Below the pieces are notes generated by a model. That model saw only the letters and a program-made list of their open reading frames with translations, was not told the DNA's origin and ran no database searches. From an uncultured archaeon (GTDB lineage Archaea > Asgardarchaeota > Thorarchaeia > Thorarchaeales > CAZPUN01): DNA of 32,000 bases. Location: assembly GCA_964589775.1 (NCBI GenBank), contig CAZPUN010000023.1:128456-160455 (forward strand), read 5' to 3'. Positions 7,653 to 16,964 of the stretch are shown here, one piece after another; the stretch's first letter is position 1; each line of letters starts with the position of its first letter. The translations under genes and the position numbers were made by a program.

Positions 7653-9739
7653 GTAAATTCAGCCTTTGCTCTTATAAGCTCTGCAACGCTTGCATCATCT
7701 TTCTTATCTATTTTTATTGTATTTAAGTTATCGAATTTTCCGGTATCTGTATGCGTAATCAGAAAAATCTGTTGGAATGAAGAATCATTCAGCAATGTTT
7801 CAATTACTGCATTGCGGCGTTTTTCGTCTAATTCTCCTAATGGTTCATCAAGGAGTACGCATCGTATTCGTGGTTGTTTTTGGGTACTGTTCTTCATAGG
7901 TCTTATTCTATTCATAGTTTTACTGATTCCTAATCTTAATGCAAGTCCTAGCGAAATCTTGTCTCCAAAACTCAATTCATCTATTGTTTTCTTACGCTTA
8001 TCGCGTTCATCGTATACTTCTATCTGTAATCCTTTTTTGTCTTCGGTTGCACTAATGTTTACGTTAACATATTGTCCCGCTGAAAACATCTTTATATAAT
8101 CAGAAGCTCGCTTACTGATCAATTTTAATAGTTTTCGTTCAAAAACATAGTTTGTAATAAACGGTTTTATAATGTAGTTTCTTATGTATTCAATATGTTC
8201 TATAATCCTTTCTAATTCCTCTTTTTCTTTCTTCATCTTTTTGGAATTTCTTAATTTTTCTTTCTTTTCCTCCAAAAGTTGAGATTCCTCATCAATATCT
8301 CGCTTTATTCGTTTAATATCGTCAAGTGTTCGTCTAATCTCATAGTCTATTTCCTGTATTTTCTTAATAAGTTCATCAATGGTCTTTACATCATATTTCT
8401 TTAAAATTTCTTCAATCGTATGTACATTGAACGTCATAAGAGCTTGTTCTAATTCCTTTTCTTTTTGTTCAATTTTATTTTTCTGTAATTCTAAATCTTC
8501 ATAATTTTTTATACGGTCCTGCAATTTGGCTTTCTTTCTTTCAAGATCGCGTTGCCTTTGTTGTGCAGATCTCTTTTTATCTCTTGCAGTTTTAATCTTT
8601 TTATTGTATTTTATTATGAGCTCTTTATTTTCCTTAATTTCCTCTTTATATTCTTTTATTATTTTTTGAGCATGTTCTTCTGTTAGTTCTGAACCACATA
8701 CAGGGCATCGGTATTGTTTATCGCCGGTCTTTTCAATTAGACTGAATTTGTCAAGTTTATCGTTAAGCTGTTCGTTATTGGTTTTAGCGGTTTCCAATTT
8801 ACCAGCTAACATTTCGATTGTTGATTGTAATGCCTCAATTTCTGAGTTTATCTCTTCTATTTCTTTATCATATTTCTGTATTAGTTCCTTAACCTGTGAT
8901 ATATCCTCTATGTTATATTCCTGAAATAGTTGTTTAATCCTCTTTTTATCACGTTCATATATTCTTCTTTCTACTTCCACATTATTTTTCTTGAGCTTAA
9001 TCTCATTCATTTGTTCATATGTCGGATATTCTTTTTGTATAGTCTGTAATTCTTCGAGTCGCTTCTTTGAATTCTCTAATTCTTTTTTATTATCCTCAAG
9101 CCCCTTCTTAATTCGCGTTATATCTTTCTCAATTTCCTCCGGGGGTAAAAATTTAGAGTTTATATCCTGAAGTTTCATCTTGTATTGCTTATATTTTCCA
9201 AGTAAATATTTGTCAATCTTGTTAAAGATTTCAATACTATATATATCCTCAATTTGCTTTCGTAATGTGGATGGCGTAGCTACTGCTAGTGAAGTGACTT
9301 TTCCTTGTTGGACTAAAATCGTTTCTAGTGCTTGATTATCATCTATATGAAGGATTTCTTTCAAACGTCTTTTTACACTTGTGGATTTATCCGTGATTTT
9401 CTTTTGTATCAGTTTCCCATTGGATTTGATCATCTCATATAATACAACTGAAGGACCAAAGCCTTTGGAATATTTTCGTTCTATCTTGTACTGTACGTTC
9501 ATTACTTCGAAACTAATAGCAACACGTGTTTCTTGCTCTCCATAGTGAATTAGTTTATCATTTTTATATCGTCTTTCGGAACCCCATAATCCCCATATTA
9601 TGGCATCGAATAATGAACTCTTTCCCGTTGAATTTGGTCCGCGGATAACTGTTAGACCTTCTGGTAGAATACCGTGTTCGGGTAATTTGATGTTTTTAAA
9701 TGGTTTGAAATTTTGTATTTCAATCGTTAGAATTCTTAT
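7649..9739 (-). CDS. rad50: Rad50/SbcC SMC-like ATPase (about 696 aa, putative ATA start)
   Basis: The frame stays open 79 codons upstream of the track's ATG: (I)RILTIEIQNFKPF...GLTVIRGPNSTGKSSLFDAI (Walker A). Q-loop LVQQG, Zn hook CPVC, signature LSFGDK, Walker B/D-loop LLDEPLGELD, H-loop LITH. Confidence 0.92.
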   Translation of the reverse strand: MRILTIEIQNFKPFKNIKLPEHGILPEGLTVIRGPNSTGKSSLFDAIIWGLWGSERRYKNDKLIHYGEQETRVAISFEVMNVQYKIERKYSKGFGPSVVLYEMIKSNGKLIQKKITDKSTSVKRRLKEILHIDDNQALETILVQQGKVTSLAVATPSTLRKQIEDIYSIEIFNKIDKYLLGKYKQYKMKLQDINSKFLPPEEIEKDITRIKKGLEDNKKELENSKKRLEELQTIQKEYPTYEQMNEIKLKKNNVEVERRIYERDKKRIKQLFQEYNIEDISQVKELIQKYDKEIEEINSEIEALQSTIEMLAGKLETAKTNNEQLNDKLDKFSLIEKTGDKQYRCPVCGSELTEEHAQKIIKEYKEEIKENKELIIKYNKKIKTARDKKRSAQQRQRDLERKKAKLQDRIKNYEDLELQKNKIEQKEKELEQALMTFNVHTIEEILKKYDVKTIDELIKKIQEIDYEIRRTLDDIKRIKRDIDEESQLLEEKKEKLRNSKKMKKEKEELERIIEHIEYIRNYIIKPFITNYVFERKLLKLISKRASDYIKMFSAGQYVNVNISATEDKKGLQIEVYDERDKRKKTIDELSFGDKISLGLALRLGISKTMNRIRPMKNSTQKQPRIRCVLLDEPLGELDEKRRNAVIETLLNDSSFQQIFLITHTDTGKFDNLNTIKIDKKDDASVAELIRAKAEFT

Positions 9740-9740
9740 T

Positions 9741-10994
9741 TTACTCTCCCCCTAATATTTCGTTTAATGCGTCTGTAATTAGTTCGACCAAAAAGTCTTC
9801 ATTATATTCTTCAGGAATTGTAAGCTCTGATATGAATTCTCGGACTTCCTCTTCTGGGTCCTCAATTAAATAATCTGTATCTTCTGTTGGATTTATTATA
9901 TCGCCCATATCTTCTTTATATACCTCGTAGTCCCATGTAAATTGTACAATATTATATTCGTCTGATTTCAAAATATCTGTTACATAATAACTCAAACGTG
10001 ATTCTATTTCCCAAGATTTTGTAAGGCTTGTTTTTCCTTCAATTTTAATTTTCAGGCGTGCTGCAGTTTGAGGGTCAAAGGGTGCTTTCAGTCCAAGTTG
10101 TTCTAATATCTTCTCGATTCGGTTCAATATATTTTCTGCAATATCTTTATTCGTTATTTCAATCTCTTTGACATACATTGGTCTTTGAGTCGGAATTATT
10201 ATCTTTTCCACAATTGGTTTCTTGCCCTTTTCTGCATTTACTAATAGTATTCCTTTTTCATGTTTATATTCATCAAATCGCCATTTTTCTATTGAACCTG
10301 CGTAATATCCATTTGCTGTATACTGGTGCATGTGATGGTCATGTCCCAATGCTAAATAATCATAATTATGTTGCTTAATCTCAGGTGGTAGTGTTTCATC
10401 TAATTCCATTCCATGCGCAACAGCAATCGATGTTTTAGTTCCCGGTTTTTGCTGCGTTAATATCCATTGTTTATATATTTCACGTAGTTGTGGATTTTGT
10501 AGAGTGTCTCGCGATACATATGGAAATGCAAAAACTTCGAAATCATCAAATTCGAATTTTAGTGGTTTCCGTTTATTTAATGCATCTTTAAGATCCACAT
10601 AAGTTGCTATGTATATTTCTGGGAATGCATACTTAAATGATGAAAGTAATGATGCATCAATTCCCTTGTATAATCCATGATTGCCTTCAATAATTATTAG
10701 GGGCTTGCCTACTTTTTTGAAGTATTTTTCAAAAGTATCAAATGCGATTTCCCTTGCAACTTCACTAACCGGATACGGATTACGTTCCCATGGTGCATCG
10801 AATAAGTCTCCAGAATGAACTACAACATCATATTTATCTTTCATCTCAATTATTTTGTCAAATACTCTCTGGAATTGCTTATAGAAATCATCCTCAACCC
10901 ATCGTGATCGTAATGTAACTGCCCAGCCATCTCTGACGCCATTCCGCTCTTTATGCCCTAAATGTGTATCTGATAAGTGAATTAATCTAACCAT
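9741..10994 (-). CDS. mre11: Mre11/SbcD nuclease
   Basis: Phosphoesterase motifs HLSDTHLG, HSGDLFD, EGNHG, VAHG, YLALGHDH, YAGSIE. Adjacent to rad50. Confidence 0.92.
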   Translation of the reverse strand: MVRLIHLSDTHLGHKERNGVRDGWAVTLRSRWVEDDFYKQFQRVFDKIIEMKDKYDVVVHSGDLFDAPWERNPYPVSEVAREIAFDTFEKYFKKVGKPLIIIEGNHGLYKGIDASLLSSFKYAFPEIYIATYVDLKDALNKRKPLKFEFDDFEVFAFPYVSRDTLQNPQLREIYKQWILTQQKPGTKTSIAVAHGMELDETLPPEIKQHNYDYLALGHDHHMHQYTANGYYAGSIEKWRFDEYKHEKGILLVNAEKGKKPIVEKIIIPTQRPMYVKEIEITNKDIAENILNRIEKILEQLGLKAPFDPQTAARLKIKIEGKTSLTKSWEIESRLSYYVTDILKSDEYNIVQFTWDYEVYKEDMGDIINPTEDTDYLIEDPEEEVREFISELTIPEEYNEDFLVELITDALNEILGGE

Positions 10995-11006
10995 AAAACT
11001 TCCCCA

Positions 11007-12848
11007 TTAAAATTGAACATCTGGTTCATTATTATCTGTTAGTTCAAAATTATTTAACTCTTGTTGTATCATTTCAAATCTGTCTGGGAATCTAGGAACA
11101 TTAAATGGTAATGGTGTACTGCGATAAGATGCTGTAAGTATTCCATGCCCAACTTCAAGGGTATTATATTCTTCAGTAAATCCCGATAATGGTGCGCTTG
11201 CACTTTCTATTGCCGCACGTGCTTCTCTTTCATTGCCTAATCTTAAAAAGAACTGTGTATTTATTTGTGATAATATATCTGCATCTATTGTGCTCACCTG
11301 CTGGCTAATCACAACTAAACCTATACCAAACTTACGGCCTTGTCTAGAAATGTCTTTGAATAATGAACTTTGCCCTAATATTTCAGAATTCAAAATTTGT
11401 GGGGCTTCTTCAATTGTAATCAAGATAATCGGTAATGTTCGAATTTCTCTTAAAGTGTTATTTGATTCCCGATATATCTTCAGTGCTTTAGGTCTAAAAT
11501 TATCCCAAAACTTTGCAGTCAGTCCCATTTTCGCTTTGTTTGTAAATGAGTCTATGGAATCTGAACTTGCTAATGCTTGCCTTAAATTAAAAAGAATTCT
11601 TGCGACAATGGTTGTTACTAAGAATTGTTCATGTACTGACAAAAGTGATGTATTTATATCAATGATTCTTCCACTTTCTAATGCTTCAATGATTTGTGGT
11701 AATATCGATTCTTGAACTGGAATGTCCTTGAATATTCGTGACCTGCGCAGGAAATATAATCTTCTCTGTACTGCATTATGAGTTTGTTTTGTCTCGCCCT
11801 CTATAGGGTCATTATTGTTTAGAATCTCATTAATCCAATTATCTCCGAAAATTCCATATGCTCGATTCATATACGCTATTTGTAATGGATTTAATGAAAG
11901 GATAGATATGATATCCTTTGGCAGGATCTCTGTCCATGCTATTTGTAATTTACGACCATAATTTTTTAATTCATGTGGCATTCTTTCAGTTGAAGCTGTG
12001 AGATAGAAAAAGTCTCCAATTACATTATTTCGATCATTTGAGCTCATTTCGTTTACAATATGTGCAATTCCTCTTCGATCTTCATCAGTTCCGGATCCCA
12101 ATGCATATTCATCATGTGGATCAATTATCAAACTTCCAATTCTCGGAATATTAATCGTAGATGATTTAAGCGATCTAAAGTTCGACAGAATCATAGATGA
12201 AATTAGAACTTGCATCAAATTGCTTTTTCCAGCACCAGTTGTTCCAAATATTCCCATATGTGTTGCTAGATTTCGGACTGGTAAATTCATTTCTACATTT
12301 AGAACCGATTCTCCGGAAACTAGGTTTCCAAAATAAAGTTCGCCTGCAATCTGGGTCCCTAACAAATCACGAATAAAATCATCACTTATGCCCGCTTGCG
12401 GTACATATACTCGTGCGAGATGGTTTGGTATTCTACGTGGGCGTTTGAATTCCCATTTTCTTTTATTTATGTTGTATTCAGAGTATCCAATGAAGCTTCC
12501 CCTTATATCTAAAATCAAATATTGATTTGCATCTACAAAATAAGTATCGTTCCTTCTAAGAAGATCTGTAGCAATATCTTCAAGATTTTTTATGTATGTG
12601 ATACTAGGTGAAATTGAAATTGCTCTGAAGAAAAACACTCGCTCTATGCCAATATCTTCATCCTTTGATGTTCTAATATAACTTGGAATAATAAATATTT
12701 CACCAATACTTGAATCATATAAATTCCCGATTACTTGCATCATAGATTGGTCTCCGGATGCAAGCCTTCCGAAATAGTATCCTAATTCATCTTGGTGAAG
12801 TCTTAATTCGGGACCTAAATCTTGTTGGATATACGTGTTGTCTGACAT
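11007..12848 (-). CDS. herA: HerA bipolar helicase/translocase (FtsK-HerA ATPase)
   Basis: THMGIFGTTGAGKSN, IIDPHDEY, Walker B IEEAP, ISRQGRKFGIGLVVISQ, ILSQINTQFFLRL. Confidence 0.92.
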   Translation of the reverse strand: MSDNTYIQQDLGPELRLHQDELGYYFGRLASGDQSMMQVIGNLYDSSIGEIFIIPSYIRTSKDEDIGIERVFFFRAISISPSITYIKNLEDIATDLLRRNDTYFVDANQYLILDIRGSFIGYSEYNINKRKWEFKRPRRIPNHLARVYVPQAGISDDFIRDLLGTQIAGELYFGNLVSGESVLNVEMNLPVRNLATHMGIFGTTGAGKSNLMQVLISSMILSNFRSLKSSTINIPRIGSLIIDPHDEYALGSGTDEDRRGIAHIVNEMSSNDRNNVIGDFFYLTASTERMPHELKNYGRKLQIAWTEILPKDIISILSLNPLQIAYMNRAYGIFGDNWINEILNNNDPIEGETKQTHNAVQRRLYFLRRSRIFKDIPVQESILPQIIEALESGRIIDINTSLLSVHEQFLVTTIVARILFNLRQALASSDSIDSFTNKAKMGLTAKFWDNFRPKALKIYRESNNTLREIRTLPIILITIEEAPQILNSEILGQSSLFKDISRQGRKFGIGLVVISQQVSTIDADILSQINTQFFLRLGNEREARAAIESASAPLSGFTEEYNTLEVGHGILTASYRSTPLPFNVPRFPDRFEMIQQELNNFELTDNNEPDVQF

Positions 12849-12863
12849 GATTTTTATCCTCCC

Positions 12864-14171
12864 TCATCTAATATGTATGAGCTCTCGTTGATTTAAAAAC
12901 AGATTTGAGTTAAATCCGAGTCCGGTTGCAATTTCAATTAGCATATTATATAATATGCGTTCAGTATCTCGTGATATCTTACAATTATTGTGAGCAACTG
13001 CAAGTGGAGCTGGATATCCTACCCAATATATACCTCGCGACATGAAATCTAAATCTTGGAATATTTGATGTTCATTCTCATGCAATGTGTTAATATCTTC
13101 ATCATAAATATTTTCTCGCCACCATAACGCATCGAAATCAACTCGTAATGTTGGCTTGTTTGGATCAAGCTGGACTAAATACGGAACTGTTAATGGTGGT
13201 GGGATATATCTGCGATTTTCTAAAATTCTAAGGCCTTGCTCGCTTGGTATTCCTCCCGGCAGTCGAATATACCATCTGGAATTATTGCCAAAAATCTCAT
13301 TTGCAATTGCTATAGCTTCATTTGTAAACGGAATTGTATGTGTTTTTGAGACCGCCATAACTATTACATTGTGGTCTCTCGCTGTTTTTAGTATATCTCT
13401 TAATAAATATCCAATTATGTCCGTGGGTAGCATAGTTGTTGGATCATATTTAAAGCTTAATGAACCATCTAGTAGCATATATCGTAAATTGCTACCTTCA
13501 ACTATTGCTCTCTTTGCGATTCCTAATTCTCCAATTCGCATTGAAGTTGAAAATAGATTTGCGGCTGAAATTGTAATTCCTTCAATTAGCATATCTTCAT
13601 TAAATAACGGTTTATTCTCTATATTATAGTGTTTTTTCATTTCTTCATAATATGTATTGATAATTTTTTGAAAATCTGCAGCTGTTGGTTCTTCAATTCG
13701 GTTGTTTGTATCATCATATACAGGATAATATTCAATTAATTGTTCATGAATATATCTAATAGGTTCTCCATCATCTTGGCTAATCCATTTTGTTTCTAGA
13801 TGGCCTTTACTAAAAAAGTTAGGATTTTCTTCTTTTGATACATTATGGAACAAGTTTCGTTCATTTGTTCCCGTATTATGTACCGCTAAATAATAACTTT
13901 CAACAATTATATCAATATCTTCAATTGTGACCAGTGGGTATACACCAGAGCCATCTACAGCTGCAATATTAAAATCATCTGGTTTTCCGAGTTCATTTGT
14001 GTATTTATGAGAAATCTTTAGTGGTTCGATTTTTTGGATTAATTCATTCATAATGCGTTCGCGGTCTAGTTCAAATCTTTTCTTGTTTTGCTCTCGTGTC
14101 CGCCTAATATCCAATAATGTTGCAGTAATTTGTCGTCTGAACTCATTTTGAAAAATTCTTATTAGTGACAT
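12864..14171 (-). CDS. nurA: NurA 5'-3' nuclease
   Basis: IAAVDGS, LLDGSL, VMAVSKT, GYPAPLAVAHNNCKI. First gene of the herA-mre11-rad50 run. Confidence 0.88.
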   Translation of the reverse strand: MSLIRIFQNEFRRQITATLLDIRRTREQNKKRFELDRERIMNELIQKIEPLKISHKYTNELGKPDDFNIAAVDGSGVYPLVTIEDIDIIVESYYLAVHNTGTNERNLFHNVSKEENPNFFSKGHLETKWISQDDGEPIRYIHEQLIEYYPVYDDTNNRIEEPTAADFQKIINTYYEEMKKHYNIENKPLFNEDMLIEGITISAANLFSTSMRIGELGIAKRAIVEGSNLRYMLLDGSLSFKYDPTTMLPTDIIGYLLRDILKTARDHNVIVMAVSKTHTIPFTNEAIAIANEIFGNNSRWYIRLPGGIPSEQGLRILENRRYIPPPLTVPYLVQLDPNKPTLRVDFDALWWRENIYDEDINTLHENEHQIFQDLDFMSRGIYWVGYPAPLAVAHNNCKISRDTERILYNMLIEIATGLGFNSNLFLNQRELIHIR

Positions 14172-14275
14172 TACCCACTCAGCTCCAATGTAATAATTAA
14201 AGCAGAGAAGAGTTTAAAAGAATAACAGATATCCGAAAGTATTTTAAAAAAACGTAATACTTGATGAAATATCAA

Positions 14276-14290
14276 GAGCTTTTATATACG
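14276..14290 (+). promoter_or_regulatory. Putative archaeal TATA box (CTTTTATATA) in the divergent nurA / MBL intergenic region
   Basis: TTTATATA consensus with a purine-rich upstream flank, about 65 nt before the MBL start. No TSS data. Confidence 0.35.
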
Positions 14291-14354
14291 AGTAAAACAA
14301 ATAGTTATAGTGGAGTAAATCTTTTTGTAATTTAAGAATAAAAGGGTGATAAAA

Positions 14355-15050
14355 TTGATAATAACATATTATGGACATACGGCATTCAAAATAGAATCAT
14401 TAGGTCATACAATATTAATTGACCCGGGTGTAGTTCAAGGAAATCCATTAATCTCAAGCGATGAACATGCGGATCTCATACTCATTACAGTAGATCAGGA
14501 AGAAAGCCTAGGTAATGCTGTTGAAATCTCCACAAAATCTAAAGCATGGATCCTAGGTAATGATAAAGTTATTGAAAAGCTTAAACTTAAGGGTGCGAAG
14601 CCATGGTTGCTACACGAAATCAAGCCTGAAGAAATATATGAATTACCTTGGGTAACAGTGCATGCATATGGTCTTGAGCGTGGTCCATTAAATAGTGGCT
14701 CAGAGAAAAGTATCTTGGGTTACTTTATCGATTTTGATGAAATGAAAATTGCACATATGGGCGAGTCCATTACCCGTGGCTATTTCGAAGACTTGAACAT
14801 GAATATTCTAATGATACCGATTGGTGGTGTTGAGTCTTTTGATGTTAAGAGTGCAGTCAGCTTGACAGTAGATTCCAAACCAAATCTTGTAATTCCTATG
14901 CGATGGACCGAAGCTATACATAGAACCAAGTTCCGTAAATATATCAATCAATTTGCTCCGGATATTGGGGTTGCTGATATTGAACCCGGTGAATCTATTG
15001 AAGTTCTCTGGGCTGCAGGTAATGAATTCCGTTGGTTAAAGAATGAATGA
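14355..15050 (+). CDS. Metallo-beta-lactamase-fold protein (UPF0173-like) with degenerate metal-binding motifs
   Basis: ITYYGHTAFKI...ILIDP, LMIPIGG, VIPM are family motifs, but HxHxDH is replaced by VDQEES. Start set at TTG 14355 behind SD GGGTGA. Confidence 0.8.
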   Translation: MIITYYGHTAFKIESLGHTILIDPGVVQGNPLISSDEHADLILITVDQEESLGNAVEISTKSKAWILGNDKVIEKLKLKGAKPWLLHEIKPEEIYELPWVTVHAYGLERGPLNSGSEKSILGYFIDFDEMKIAHMGESITRGYFEDLNMNILMIPIGGVESFDVKSAVSLTVDSKPNLVIPMRWTEAIHRTKFRKYINQFAPDIGVADIEPGESIEVLWAAGNEFRWLKNE

Positions 15051-15167
15051 AACTTTTTTATAATTCATTTATAATATATATTTACAAAACAATAAAATAA
15101 CGTCGTAAAAATCCATAAATAGTTGTTTGAATATATTTATATTACGCAATATGTAGGGGTGAGAAAA

Positions 15168-16946
15168 TTGTCCCAAGATGAAGTAAAAAAAGTGATTATT
15201 GATCTTGAAGAAACTGAAGAGACGGAAATCGGCGAACACAGCGAGCAGCTTGGTATAGCTGTTGAGGGTGTCCTGACCGTAAAGAATGTCTCTGAGCAAC
15301 ACAGAATCTGGAATACCAAAGTAGATGTATCTGAAGGCCGAGATTCCACAGACTTTGATGCTGACAGTCTGCATGTTGGAGAAATAAATCCACAAGATAA
15401 GTGGTCTACAAATTATGGTGTGAAATCTGAGGCACCAATACTCAAAGTAACTGAAATATTCGATGCATGTAGAACTGTAGAGTCAGAGGATCCGCATTAT
15501 GCCTATGTGTATGGTTTTACAAATCCTGTAAAATTTACAATTACTCTCAAGAACGAAATCGATGTTCAGATTGATGACATTGTGCTTAAAAAAACCATTC
15601 CTCCTGAAATTACCTCTGTAAAAGTTGAAAATGCAAGTGTAGGTAATGCGGTGTTTGATGAAGAGAATCATGTTGTAACATGGAGTGACTTCATTCTATT
15701 TCCGGGCGAAAGTGCTACTTTAGAGCTTGTTGCGGATGCTGAGATGCCTGATGTATCTGTCAAGAATGCCGGTGAAATCGTTGTAACGTACAAGGCAGAA
15801 AATGCCCAGAAAAGCAGTCTCAATCCTGACTTGACAGCATTAACAGAAGTTCTTGTAGGTATCGATAAAGAAGAAACTGAACCAAATCACTGGGTATGTA
15901 CTCTTGAATTCGAAAACACAACTGATATCCTTGTGCGTCTAGATAAGGCTGAAGTGTTCTATACTGATGAAAGTGGAAATACACAAAAGATGATTGATGA
16001 GGAACCACATTTAGAAATTCCACCAGGTGAGACATGGAGTAAATCTTTTGAACTTGATTCAAAGACACCTCCAGAATGCAGTCACAATGTCGTACATACA
16101 CCGGTAAAAACCATAACTAAGCGTGTAATTGGTACTGTAAAGAAAGTTGCCCAGACTGTGCCTGTCTATCGCGTTGAGCTGAACAAAGTATTTGATCCAC
16201 CTGAAGTAAATAGCTTCGATAAGACTCCAGTTGATGTCACCCTAGAAGCAATTAATGCTGGAACCGCACCGTTGAACAAGGTTGTCATTATTGACACAAT
16301 TCCTGAGGATGTCATGCCACCAAAGAAAGAACATATTACCATAATGATTGGTGACCGTGAATACGATGGTGAATTCGATTTCCTTCTGGATCCAAATGAT
16401 GAAAATCCTGAGAATGCTCATACTATGACAATTACACTAAATCTAAGTGATGATTGGATTCTCCAACCGGACCAGAAAGTTGTTGTTAACTATGCAATTA
16501 TGGCTTGGAAACCAAGACCTGAGAAAACTTATCCTGCGCCTCTTACTGTAAAAGGTAATGTGCTTCCTGAGGGAATCTTTGCTGAGGTTTCTACTCCTGA
16601 AGAAGAACCCAAATTACTCATCAAGTATCGAAGACGTCGTATCAGCGCATTCAAAGCAATCAATAAGGGCAGTCAGTCCGGTCAATTTGTCATACCATTA
16701 CGAATTGAAAACCGCGGTGAAGTTACTATTGAAAATGTAGTAGTCAAGGATTGGATTCCAAAAGGCTACAAGTTAGTATCAGTTGAGCCTGACGATTTGC
16801 AACCCGAGACACAAGCAGTCGAAGATGGTACACTACTTATTTGGACCTTTGTTAAGATGTTCCCAGGCGACAAGAAAGAGATCAAATATGTTGCAGAGGG
16901 TGAAGGCGAATACGAACGCCGTGATCCTGAAGTAAGTGGAGATTAG
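15168..16946 (+). CDS. Acidic cytosolic multi-Ig/beta-sandwich protein; N-terminal half resembles a mu-homology domain
   Basis: Repeated units [F/V].L.I.N.G...I.NVV..D.IP...W....L.PG (DUF11-like Ig). No signal peptide or TM. Start set at TTG 15168 behind SD GGGGTGA. Confidence 0.65.
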   Translation: MSQDEVKKVIIDLEETEETEIGEHSEQLGIAVEGVLTVKNVSEQHRIWNTKVDVSEGRDSTDFDADSLHVGEINPQDKWSTNYGVKSEAPILKVTEIFDACRTVESEDPHYAYVYGFTNPVKFTITLKNEIDVQIDDIVLKKTIPPEITSVKVENASVGNAVFDEENHVVTWSDFILFPGESATLELVADAEMPDVSVKNAGEIVVTYKAENAQKSSLNPDLTALTEVLVGIDKEETEPNHWVCTLEFENTTDILVRLDKAEVFYTDESGNTQKMIDEEPHLEIPPGETWSKSFELDSKTPPECSHNVVHTPVKTITKRVIGTVKKVAQTVPVYRVELNKVFDPPEVNSFDKTPVDVTLEAINAGTAPLNKVVIIDTIPEDVMPPKKEHITIMIGDREYDGEFDFLLDPNDENPENAHTMTITLNLSDDWILQPDQKVVVNYAIMAWKPRPEKTYPAPLTVKGNVLPEGIFAEVSTPEEEPKLLIKYRRRRISAFKAINKGSQSGQFVIPLRIENRGEVTIENVVVKDWIPKGYKLVSVEPDDLQPETQAVEDGTLLIWTFVKMFPGDKKEIKYVAEGEGEYERRDPEVSGD

Positions 16947-16964
16947 AGGAAATTATTTCCTCAA

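Noticed and set aside
7649-9502. rad50 as an N-truncated 617-aa protein or pseudogene
   Set aside because: The frame continues upstream to 9739 with an intact Walker A and no stops.
15168-16946. S-layer or secreted adhesin
   Set aside because: No signal peptide, TM anchor or PGF-CTERM-like tail.
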